Virus record (IMG/VR): IMGVR_UViG_3300045988_104080
Span: 1-52,391 of that record
Length of the DNA: 52,391 nucleotides
Reading direction: 5' to 3' (one strand)
From: a virus
This document shows, piece by piece, positions 9,179 through 16,778 of this stretch. Positions within the stretch are counted from its first letter, which is position 1, and every line of letters starts with the position of its first letter. Under the pieces are notes generated by a model. The model was given only the letters and a program-made list of their open reading frames with translations. It searched no databases and was not told where the DNA came from. A program made the translations under genes and the position numbers.

Positions 9179-9910
9179 ATGCCCAGAGATTTTGAGCTTG
9201 ACCCTATTCTTGCGACGGAGCCGGACAATGATGGCGCCGTCACACTGACCAGCGGCTATGAGGTGCTTGGACGTATCCTGGCACAGCATGGCCCTGTTAA
9301 GTACACCAAGGCCCTTCTGGATAGCGGGGACATCCCCGAGGGGACGGTCATTGACAACCTGACCGGGCCCATCCAGGAGGCCGGAGAGGGCATGATTGCG
9401 AAGGTGGAGAACACCGGCACCGGAGAGGCCACCGTAACGGTCCAGGCCAGCAGCATCGGCGTTGCCGTCGGCTTCCCCCTCAAGGGCGTGGTCCTCTATG
9501 TGGAGGACCCGGACAGCGGCGAGGACGTGGCATACACCTACCTCGACCTCCACGATCACCCCGCCTGGATTCGCGCCGAAGGCGGGGCGACCAACTCGCT
9601 GCTGACCTTTGAAATCCAGAGCATCATCTCCAGCGCCAGCAGCGTCCAGGCGATCATCAACCCGGACGCCCTGGCTCGCATCATCGACCTTGAGAAGTAC
9701 GCCCTCCTCGGGCACAGCCACCAGATCAGTGACATCGTAGGGCTGCGGACGGAGCTGGACGACCACCAGGCGAGCATCGACCTGCTGAACGACCTGGTCT
9801 CCGGCGATATGCCTGGCGGCATCAACAAAACGGCCGACTTCTACACCCTCGCTGGCATTACCATCCGGGACGGCGTCTGGAACCAGACAGCCCGTAGCAT
9901 CTCCGCATGA
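9179..9910 (+). CDS. Tail fibre protein (short)
   Basis: 243 aa. Contains the GHSHQISDIVGLRTELD motif common in phage tail fibres, and follows the baseplate genes. Confidence 0.65.
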   Translation: MPRDFELDPILATEPDNDGAVTLTSGYEVLGRILAQHGPVKYTKALLDSGDIPEGTVIDNLTGPIQEAGEGMIAKVENTGTGEATVTVQASSIGVAVGFPLKGVVLYVEDPDSGEDVAYTYLDLHDHPAWIRAEGGATNSLLTFEIQSIISSASSVQAIINPDALARIIDLEKYALLGHSHQISDIVGLRTELDDHQASIDLLNDLVSGDMPGGINKTADFYTLAGITIRDGVWNQTARSISA

Positions 9911-9975
9911 GCTACGGAGTCCTGTGCAGCCAGGAGGAAGCAAGCTGCTTAATACCGAACCTTATCACAGAGCTA

Positions 9976-10019
9976 AGACTCCCGTGCCCGTGCCAAGGGC
10001 GCGAGGGTCTTTTTCTTTG
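9976..10019 (+). terminator. Rho-independent terminator after the tail fibre gene
   Basis: Imperfect GC-rich hairpin AGACTCCCGTGCCC/GGGCGCGAGGGTCT (about 11 of 14 pairs) followed by TTTTTCTTT. Confidence 0.55.
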
Positions 10020-10130
10020 TGGTTTGGGATATAGCGGCCAGATCGTGACTGTGCGTGTTCTCCCGGGCCTCATCGAGGTCGAGGGGGTCCCGCCGGAGGA
10101 GATCGAGGCCATTCGAGAAAGGAGGTGCCT

Positions 10131-10571
10131 ATGGCAAATCGGCAGGGCGAGCTCACCATAATCACCAAGGCGAAAGACCTGGTAAACCACACCCTCAAGC
10201 TGACGAACAACGCGAACCTGTTCCCGAAGAAGGTGCGCTTCACGCTCTGCCAGCGTATGCAGAACATCACCCTTCAAATCCTCCATGACATCATAGCCGC
10301 GAACGAAATTTACCCACAGAACGCGGCTGAATGGAAGCGGCGGCTCGACCTCCAGAGGGAGGTATTGACCGGCTGCAAGATGTTCCTGACGTTTCTGGAC
10401 ATAGCCCTTGAACAGGGATATGTGGACATCCGGCGGTGTGAGTATTGGACGGGGCTCACCACCGACGTCAAGAACCTGGCAGCGTCGTGGAGGAAGAAGG
10501 ACGTTGAGAGGTGCAAGCAGCAGGTCCAGGGCTCACAGCCCAGAGGACCGCAGCAGCCCTATCGGCGATGA
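10131..10571 (+). CDS. avd: DGR accessory variability determinant (Avd, four-helix-bundle protein)
   Basis: 146 aa, RBS AAAGGAGGTG. Helical basic protein (..AKDLVNHTLKLTNNANLFPKKVRFTLCQRMQN..) immediately upstream of the TR and RT. Confidence 0.8.
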   Translation: MANRQGELTIITKAKDLVNHTLKLTNNANLFPKKVRFTLCQRMQNITLQILHDIIAANEIYPQNAAEWKRRLDLQREVLTGCKMFLTFLDIALEQGYVDIRRCEYWTGLTTDVKNLAASWRKKDVERCKQQVQGSQPRGPQQPYRR

Positions 10572-10622
10572 TTCGAGCCCAGGGGTGCGCTTTGTACGTG
10601 CATCCGCCCCGGTGTGCCTTGG

Positions 10623-10729
10623 TCGGTCCCCGAACTCGTCGAACGCGAACAACGTGCGCTACGTGAACTCGGACGGGAGCCTCAACAACAACAACGCGTA
10701 CAACGGCAACAGGGGCGTGCGCCCGGCTT
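10623..10729 (+). repeat. DGR template repeat (TR)
   Basis: 107 nt with 27 adenines in an AAC-rich pattern. It matches VR1 (12597-12703) and the last 82 nt match VR2 (32562-32643), with mismatches only at TR adenines. Confidence 0.9.
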
Positions 10730-10895
10730 CGGTGGAAACTGCGATTGAGTAGCCCGAAAGGGTGAAAACAGAAGCCTACCATCAAAGGAAAGCGTATCCC
10801 ACCGCAGCCTGACAGGGCAGCGGTAAACACATAGCGTTGACGCCTGGCAGCTTGCACAGTGGAGCTATCAGGCTATTAGCAACGGAGGTCCCCTT
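10730..10895 (+). ncRNA. DGR RNA spacer region between TR and RT (probable structured priming region)
   Basis: Non-coding 166 nt with local hairpins (CCCGAAAGGG at 10753-10762; GCCTG...CAGGC around 10843-10874). By analogy with characterised DGR RNAs; not verified. Confidence 0.35.
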
Positions 10896-12119
10896 TTGAA
10901 ACCTAATCAATCTTTTGAAGCCGTTTATGACTTCGCAAATCTGTATGCAGCGTACCGGGCCGCCTGTAAAGGGAAGCGATGGAAAAGCACCGTCGCAAAG
11001 GTAGAGGCCAATGCGCTGGAAGCCGTTTCCTGCCTCCAGAATGAGCTACGGGAAGGAACCTACCGCCCCGGAGCCTACTATGAGTTCTTCGTCTACGAGC
11101 CGAAGAAGCGGCTCATCCAGACGAACAGCATCAAGGACAAGATCGTGCAGCACGCCTTCTGCGATCAGGTCCTCTACCCGGTCCTGTCCAGGCCGTTTAT
11201 CCTGGACAACTACGGTTCCCAGGTTGGGAAGGGCACCCACTTCGGCCTCGACCGCCTCCGTGACTTCATGCGGGAGTATTACCGCAGGCACGGCAGCGCG
11301 GAGGGCTGGGTGCTCAAGGCCGACGTTCACCACTATTTCGCCAGCATCCGCCATGACATTCTCAAGCAGGATGTTGCGGAGCTGCTGACGGACCCGCGCT
11401 GCCTTGCGCTGTCCACCGCTATTATAGACAGCACGCCGGGTGACGTCGGCATCCCGATTGGAAACCAGAGCTCTCAAATCTATGCGCTGCTCTATCTCAA
11501 CAAGCTGGACCATTTCGTCAAAGAGGTCTTGCGGATAAGGTATTACGGCCGGTATATGGACGACTTCTACCTCATCCACGAAGACAAAGCTGTGCTCAAG
11601 GAAGCCTGGGCCCGCATCGAGGAACACCTCGCGGCCCGTGGCCTTGAGCTCAACGGCAAAACCAACATCTTCCCGCTGCGGAACGGGCTGGACTTTCTTG
11701 GATTTCACACCTACCTTACCGACACCGGCAAGGTCATCAGGAAGGTTCGCCGTTCCAGCAGAGAGAGGATGAAGCGAAAGCTCCGCAAGTTTGCGGTCAT
11801 GTATGAGGCCGGGACGATCAGCAAGGAGGAGATCACGGCCAGCTACCAGAGCTGGAGGTCTCACGCTATGCACGGCCAGTGCCGGTCCTTGGTTCAGAAG
11901 TACGACCGCATCTTTGAGCAAATCTTTACCCAAAGGAGTGATAAGCAAAATGTCCCAGAAAATCAGTGCCCTTCCGGTAGGGGCCAAGGTCAGAGACACG
12001 AAGACCAAATACTACGGCGTCCCCATTCCGTTCCAGATCGCCGACAAGAACCACACCGGATACCCGGCCAACAGCGTGACCCTGGTAACGGAGAAGATCA
12101 TCAAGCTCTGCTGCTTTGA
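10896..12119 (+). CDS. DGR reverse transcriptase
   Basis: TTG start with GGAGG 7 nt upstream. Motifs PKKRLIQ, SIKDKIVQHA, IGNQSSQ (DGR-RT hallmark) and YMDD. The 3' 170 nt overlap the target gene in another frame. Confidence 0.9.
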   Translation: MKPNQSFEAVYDFANLYAAYRAACKGKRWKSTVAKVEANALEAVSCLQNELREGTYRPGAYYEFFVYEPKKRLIQTNSIKDKIVQHAFCDQVLYPVLSRPFILDNYGSQVGKGTHFGLDRLRDFMREYYRRHGSAEGWVLKADVHHYFASIRHDILKQDVAELLTDPRCLALSTAIIDSTPGDVGIPIGNQSSQIYALLYLNKLDHFVKEVLRIRYYGRYMDDFYLIHEDKAVLKEAWARIEEHLAARGLELNGKTNIFPLRNGLDFLGFHTYLTDTGKVIRKVRRSSRERMKRKLRKFAVMYEAGTISKEEITASYQSWRSHAMHGQCRSLVQKYDRIFEQIFTQRSDKQNVPENQCPSGRGQGQRHEDQILRRPHSVPDRRQEPHRIPGQQRDPGNGEDHQALLL

Positions 12120-13650
12120 TGCCACGGAGAGCGGCGGAAACTCCGACCGCCAGAGTTGGGGTAACAACCGCATGGTCCTGGCGAACATCCGCCAGTGGCT
12201 CAATAAGAGTGGCGCCGGTTGGTACCAGGCGCAGCACAGCTATGACCGCCCGCCCTCCAACGCCTATGTCTGGAGCAACTACAACGAGTACGACGGGCAG
12301 CCCGGCTTCCTCACTGGCTTCGGCCCGGAGATGCTGGCAGCACTGCTCACCACGACCCTGACCGTCGCCAAGCCCACCACGGACGGCGGCGGCTCCGAAA
12401 CCTTCCAGGACAAGGTGTTTCTGCCGTCCATGGCCGAGGTTGGCCTCGGGGCAGAAAACGGCATCAACGAGGGTTCGAAGCTGGCCCTGTTCAGCGACAA
12501 CAACAGCCGGAAGGCGTACCCCACGCCCCAGGCGGTCAGCAACAGCGAATATACCAGCAGCTCGTTGACTGCTTCGCAGCCGTGGTGGTGGTGGCTTCGG
12601 TCCCCGTACTCGTCGTACGCGGGCTACGTGCGCTGCGTGTACTCGGACGGGAGCCTCAACAGCCGCAGCGCGTACGACGGCCACTGGGGCGTGCGCCCGG
12701 CTTTGAATCTGTCCTCTAATATCTTGGTATCTGATACCCCGGATAGCGAGGGCTACTACACAATCGTCTGGAACAACAACCCGACCACACCCCCGTCTAT
12801 CGCCGTTCCCGAGACGGTGCGAAGTGGGAAAAACCTGGACATTACCTGGTCGGCGTCCGTTGACCCGGACGGCGACCAGGTGAGCTATGAGCTGGAGCGG
12901 CAGCACAACAACGGCGGCTGGACCAAAATTTACAGCGGGAACGCCACCAAGCACACCGACACCGGGATCACCGGCGACATGAATACCGTGACCTACCGCG
13001 TCCGGGCGAAGGACAGCAAGGGCGCATACAGCGCCTACACCACCAGCCCGACGCGAACCGTGACGCATAACGTGGACCCCACGATCAGCGGCACGAACCA
13101 GAACCTTGGAGCGATCTCGACGCCTCCGAGCTATCAGTACACCGTCGGCGACAACGATGAAGCCGACACCCTGAAAGTGGTGGAGAGCCTGGACGGCGTG
13201 GAAGTTCGGACCATCGAGAACGCGGAGCGCAAAAAGAGCTATACCTTTGCTCTGACTGCGGCGCAGTTCTCCAGCCTCACCGGTCAGCACACCATGAGCA
13301 TCAAGGTCACTGACAGCGCCGGGAACAGCGTTACCAGGACGATCACCTTCACCCGTAACGTCAGCCGCATTGACTTCGACTGGAAGGTCGGCGACACGAC
13401 TGCTGCGGCCGAAAAAATCCTGGTGTCCATGCGTTACAACGCACACGAGGACGATGTCCTGGTCCAGGTCTGCAACAACTTCAACGACGCATCCCCCGCC
13501 TGGGAAACCGTCACGGTTGGCCTCAAGCATATGTTCTCGAACAAGGTCAAGACTGCCGCGAGCTGGGCGGTGGGCATCCGCGTCACCATCGGCAAGACGA
13601 AGGGCTGGGACTCCATCTCGTGCTACTCTCTGTCTGCCAGCTACATCTAA
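11950..13650 (+). CDS. DGR target protein 1 (lectin-like variable domain followed by FN3/Ig-like domains; probable receptor-binding protein)
   Basis: 566 aa, RBS AAAGGAGTG. Contains VR1 (..WWWLRSPYSSYAGYVRCVYSDGSLNSRSAYDGHWGVRPAL..). It is followed by an FN3-like segment (..LDITWSASVDPDGDQVSYELER..YRVRAKDSKGAYSAY..) and further beta-rich repeats. Confidence 0.85.
   Translation: MSQKISALPVGAKVRDTKTKYYGVPIPFQIADKNHTGYPANSVTLVTEKIIKLCCFDATESGGNSDRQSWGNNRMVLANIRQWLNKSGAGWYQAQHSYDRPPSNAYVWSNYNEYDGQPGFLTGFGPEMLAALLTTTLTVAKPTTDGGGSETFQDKVFLPSMAEVGLGAENGINEGSKLALFSDNNSRKAYPTPQAVSNSEYTSSSLTASQPWWWWLRSPYSSYAGYVRCVYSDGSLNSRSAYDGHWGVRPALNLSSNILVSDTPDSEGYYTIVWNNNPTTPPSIAVPETVRSGKNLDITWSASVDPDGDQVSYELERQHNNGGWTKIYSGNATKHTDTGITGDMNTVTYRVRAKDSKGAYSAYTTSPTRTVTHNVDPTISGTNQNLGAISTPPSYQYTVGDNDEADTLKVVESLDGVEVRTIENAERKKSYTFALTAAQFSSLTGQHTMSIKVTDSAGNSVTRTITFTRNVSRIDFDWKVGDTTAAAEKILVSMRYNAHEDDVLVQVCNNFNDASPAWETVTVGLKHMFSNKVKTAASWAVGIRVTIGKTKGWDSISCYSLSASYI
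12597..12703 (+). repeat. DGR variable repeat 1 (VR1)
   Basis: 107 nt aligned without gaps to the TR. There are 14 differences, all at TR adenines (14 of 27 A), and none at C/G/T. Confidence 0.9.
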
Positions 13651-13667
13651 GCGAGGAGGGATGAACT

Positions 13668-14435
13668 ATGAGAACGCTTGAAGAAGCGAGAGCGTATGCG
13701 AAGCAGGAGAAAAGCCGCGACACCTTGGAAATCTGGGAGGCCATCCTCGCTGCCCATGACGCGCTCGTCGCCCTCGGTAGTCCCGGCCTGCCGGAGCGCT
13801 ATGTCTCCATCGCCCGGTCGAACCTGGTCCGCGCCGGTTCTGCCGAGGCCGGGAGCTTCACTGATGCCGAGCTGAATTCCATGGCGACCGCAGACGGCGT
13901 CCGTGTCTGGAGCGCCACCATGGGCATGATTTTCAAGGACGAGCCTATCATTGGCCCGGACCAGGAGACTTACATTTGCCTCCAGCAGCACCAGGCCCAG
14001 GCGGATTGGGCCCCCGGAACCGTAGGCGGCCGCACCCTGTTCCGCCTGCTCCGCAAGGAGCCGGAGGAGCCTGGCACCTACCTTGACTTCGCGTGGGGCG
14101 AACACGTCCCCTATGGTGCAGTTCGCCGGGACCCCGTTGACGGGAAGCTCTACACCCCCATCAAGGAAGCAGGTGTCACCCTGTACGAGCCCCACTACCC
14201 GCACCTGGTCCCCTCTGAGTATAAGCTCTATGATGCTAAACCAGGGCCCGAACCGGAGCCAGAGCCCGGCCCTGGTTCCGTACCAGACTGGAATGACCTT
14301 GAGCCTAACCACTCTTTTTCTGTTGGAGACCACTTCATCCATAACGGGACCGAATACGAAACCCTTCGAGCCTTCACGAAACAGGATCATTGGGCTCCTC
14401 CGGCCCTCATCAACGACTACTACAAAGCAGTCTGA
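13668..14435 (+). CDS. Tail-associated protein with carbohydrate-binding-like (CBM5/12-like) repeats
   Basis: 255 aa, RBS GAGGAGGG. Aromatic W/Y-rich repeats (..YICLQQHQAQADWAP.., ..GDHFIHNGTEYETLRAFTKQDHWAPP..) and a PGPEPEPEPGPG linker. Confidence 0.45.
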   Translation: MRTLEEARAYAKQEKSRDTLEIWEAILAAHDALVALGSPGLPERYVSIARSNLVRAGSAEAGSFTDAELNSMATADGVRVWSATMGMIFKDEPIIGPDQETYICLQQHQAQADWAPGTVGGRTLFRLLRKEPEEPGTYLDFAWGEHVPYGAVRRDPVDGKLYTPIKEAGVTLYEPHYPHLVPSEYKLYDAKPGPEPEPEPGPGSVPDWNDLEPNHSFSVGDHFIHNGTEYETLRAFTKQDHWAPPALINDYYKAV

Positions 14436-14449
14436 CGGGAGGGGATTCG

Positions 14450-14794
14450 ATGACAATTAGTGTCTGGGGAGCCGTGGCCGCATTCATCGCTGCCATGGGC
14501 ATCCCTTCGGCTGTTATGGGCATCATCATCTGGCGCCTGGAGCGCCGCATTGACCGCCACGACAGAGCCTTGGAGGAGAAGAACGAGCGCCAGAAGGAGC
14601 TTGTACTCATCCTCATCAAAGGGACCCGGGCGAGCATCGCCCTTGGGGAAGCGACGGCGAAGGCCGTCCAGCGCATCCCGGACGCGCACTGCAACGGCGA
14701 TATGCACGAAGCCCTGGACTATGCCGTGAAGATCAAGCACGAGCAGAAGGACTTCCTGGCAAAGCAAGGCGTGAGCGCCTTGCTTGATGACTGA
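14450..14794 (+). CDS. Membrane protein of the lysis module (N-terminal TM helix plus coiled coil)
   Basis: 114 aa with a hydrophobic N-terminus (WGAVAAFIAAMGIPSAVMGIIIW), located upstream of the holin/endolysin genes. Confidence 0.55.
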   Translation: MTISVWGAVAAFIAAMGIPSAVMGIIIWRLERRIDRHDRALEEKNERQKELVLILIKGTRASIALGEATAKAVQRIPDAHCNGDMHEALDYAVKIKHEQKDFLAKQGVSALLDD

Positions 14795-14804
14795 GGTGGG
14801 AGGC

Positions 14805-15149
14805 ATGGACAACTATAAGCCCAAGCACCTGTCGAAGCGCCGCCCCTGGGAGTTCAAGAAGAAGCTGGCAGCGTGGGCGGTGGTAATCGCCACCCTGTCG
14901 GCTGTGGCGTCCTATGCGCTGGCCTTCCGCGACCAGCAGACGGCCAGCGACGTCACGACCACCATTTTCTCGGCCTGCATCGGCTACTTGGTCAGCTATG
15001 CAGCGGCCTCCACCGGCGAGAAGATCAGCCGCAACCGGCACAACCTCGACGCCGATGGAGTGCCATACCAACCCATGAGCACAGCCGTCCCGACCGAGTC
15101 TCCGGCCGGGGCGGCTTGCCCTGATACCACCACAACCGGAAAAGGATAA
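14805..15149 (+). CDS. Two-TM membrane protein (holin-like)
   Basis: 114 aa with two hydrophobic segments (LAAWAVVIATLSAVASYALAF; TTTIFSACIGYLVSYAAA), in the lysis module. Confidence 0.5.
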   Translation: MDNYKPKHLSKRRPWEFKKKLAAWAVVIATLSAVASYALAFRDQQTASDVTTTIFSACIGYLVSYAAASTGEKISRNRHNLDADGVPYQPMSTAVPTESPAGAACPDTTTTGKG

Positions 15150-15164
15150 CAAGGAGGATTTACT

Positions 15165-15512
15165 ATGTACGACATCACCCCTATCATCGAAGCCGCTGGC
15201 GTTCTGCTCGCCACCGTCATCACCTGCGTCCTGGTCCCCTACATCAAGAGCAAGACCACGTCCGACCAGCAGAAGGAAATCAACGCCTGGGTCAAGATCG
15301 CCGTCGCTGCTGCCGAGCAGATTTTCAATGGCAGCGGCCGGGGCGAGGAGAAGAAGGCCTATGTCATCGCCTGGCTCAAGGAGCACGGCATCAAGGTGAA
15401 CGAGGCCGAGCTTGATGCTCTCATCGAAGCAGCCGTATTTGAGCTTAACCAGGGCATCATCCCCATTGAGGGCGTCGCCCTTGGGACTGAGGAGCTGATG
15501 CGCCATGAGTAA
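15165..15512 (+). CDS. Holin, LL-H-like family
   Basis: 115 aa with an N-terminal TM helix followed by ..INAWVKIAVAAAEQIF....GEEKKAYVIAWLKEHGIKV.., typical of LL-H holins. Overlaps the endolysin start. Confidence 0.75.
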   Translation: MYDITPIIEAAGVLLATVITCVLVPYIKSKTTSDQQKEINAWVKIAVAAAEQIFNGSGRGEEKKAYVIAWLKEHGIKVNEAELDALIEAAVFELNQGIIPIEGVALGTEELMRHE

Positions 15513-16518
15513 CAGCGGCCTCGTCACCTACACCAAGATCAGCCCGAACAAGAACAGCCCCCGTAAGTATGCCATTACCCGAGTGACCATCCATTGTGTC
15601 GTCGGACAGGTGACCGTCCAGAGCCTCGGCAACGTCTTCGCCCCAAGCTCCAGACAGGCCAGCAGCAACTACGGCATCGGCAAGGACGGCAAGGTCGGTA
15701 TGTATGTCGAGGAGAAGGACCGTTCCTGGTGCAGCTCCAGCGCAGACAACGACAACCGCGCCGTAACCATCGAGGTGGCCTCTGACACCTATGAACCCTA
15801 TAAGGTGACCAGCGCTGCCTATGCCGCGCTGCTGGACCTGGTGACGGACATCTGCCGCCGGAACGGGAAGACGAAAATCCTCTGGTTCGGCGACAAGGCC
15901 AAGACCCTGGCCTATCAGCCGAAGGCCAACGAGATGGTGATGACCGTTCACCGCTGGTTTGCGAATAAGAGCTGCCCCGGGGATTACCTGTACGGCCTCC
16001 ACGACGAGATCGCGGCCGAGGTCAACAAGCGCCTGGCGGGCGGTAGCTCCACCCCCAGCACGCCCAGCACCGGCGGCCAGACGGCCGTGAACTACACCGT
16101 CCGGGTGAAGGCGTCCGACCTCAACATCCGCACGGGCCCCGGCACGAGCTTCGCCTCCAAGGGCTTCATCAAGCCTGGAGTCTACACCATCGTTGCCGAG
16201 GTCAGCGGAGCCGGAGCCTCCAAGTGGGGCAAGCTCAAGAGCGGATTGGGCTGGATTTCCCTGGACTATGTTGAGAAGACCGGCGGCAGCGGCACGGAGG
16301 CCCCCGTCACCATCAAGGTGGGCAGCACCGTCACGATCAAGAGTGGCGCCGTCTACGGCGGCCTCGCAGCGTCCAGAGGCGCGAAGGTGCCGAGCTACAT
16401 CTCCGGCACCGCCCGCCGCTACACCGTCGGCAAGATCGCGGAGCACAAGGGCGTCCAGGAGGCGCTTCTCAAGGAGATCACGTCCTGGGTTGCGCTGTCC
16501 TATCTCAACCTGGTATAA
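15505..16518 (+). CDS. Endolysin: N-acetylmuramoyl-L-alanine amidase (amidase_2) with C-terminal SH3-like wall-binding repeats
   Basis: 337 aa. Amidase_2-like motifs (TIHCVVGQ, SSNYGIGKDGKV, NDNRAVTIEV) and two SH3b-like segments (YTVRVKASDLNIRTGPG...WGKLKSGLGWISLDYV). Confidence 0.85.
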   Translation: MSNSGLVTYTKISPNKNSPRKYAITRVTIHCVVGQVTVQSLGNVFAPSSRQASSNYGIGKDGKVGMYVEEKDRSWCSSSADNDNRAVTIEVASDTYEPYKVTSAAYAALLDLVTDICRRNGKTKILWFGDKAKTLAYQPKANEMVMTVHRWFANKSCPGDYLYGLHDEIAAEVNKRLAGGSSTPSTPSTGGQTAVNYTVRVKASDLNIRTGPGTSFASKGFIKPGVYTIVAEVSGAGASKWGKLKSGLGWISLDYVEKTGGSGTEAPVTIKVGSTVTIKSGAVYGGLAASRGAKVPSYISGTARRYTVGKIAEHKGVQEALLKEITSWVALSYLNLV

Positions 16519-16563
16519 TAAGCCATGAGGGCCACGGGCCCCGCTTCCTCCCTTCTGGGGTCC

Positions 16564-16585
16564 GTGGCATTATCGTGGCATTACC
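16564..16585. repeat. Tandem GTGGCATTAYC repeats (putative integrase arm-type sites, left of attP)
   Basis: gtggcattatc gtggcattacc in direct tandem; the same 11-mer pair recurs at 16757-16778. Confidence 0.45.
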
Positions 16586-16700
16586 GCATTTTGGAGCGAG
16601 GTAGACACCCCGGAAGCAAAGCAACAAAGAAGACCACAGAGACGAAAAAAGACCGTCAGGGACGCCAAAACAGCCCCCAACAGTCGAGCTCGAATAATGA

Positions 16701-16751
16701 CAAAAAGCCCCGGAACCCTTGGAATATCAAGGGCTCCGGGGCTCTTTTTTT
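16701..16751. terminator. Bidirectional rho-independent terminator between the convergent endolysin and integrase genes
   Basis: Hairpin AGCCCCGGAACCCTT-ggaatatc-AAGGGCTCCGGGGCT (one mismatch), flanked by an A-run upstream and TTTTTTT downstream. Confidence 0.8.
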
Positions 16752-16756
16752 GTTCC

Positions 16757-16778
16757 GTGGCATTACCGTGGCATTACG
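16757..16778. repeat. Tandem GTGGCATTACS repeats (putative integrase arm-type sites, right of attP)
   Basis: gtggcattacc gtggcattacg in direct tandem, overlapping the integrase stop codon. Confidence 0.45.

Noticed and set aside
9907-10161. 84-aa + strand ORF between the tail fibre gene and avd.
   Set aside because: It spans a hairpin/T-run terminator, has no RBS, has an odd Cys/Leu/Gly composition, and overlaps the well-supported avd start at 10131.
10408-10752. 114-aa ORF covering the TR.
   Set aside because: It overlaps the avd 3' end in another frame, and its open frame simply reflects the TR mirroring the coding frame of the VRs. The TR is expected to act as RNA, not as protein.
11791-11949. 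Upstream extension of the DGR target ORF (track start 11791).
   Set aside because: The extension is Arg/Ser-rich out-of-frame-looking sequence inside the RT gene. ATG 11950 has a proper AAAGGAGTG RBS.
16519-16773. A tRNA or tRNA fragment at the putative attP.
   Set aside because: I could not fold a cloverleaf or find a T-arm/acceptor-like sequence by eye. This is unresolved without tRNAscan or comparison with the host attB.
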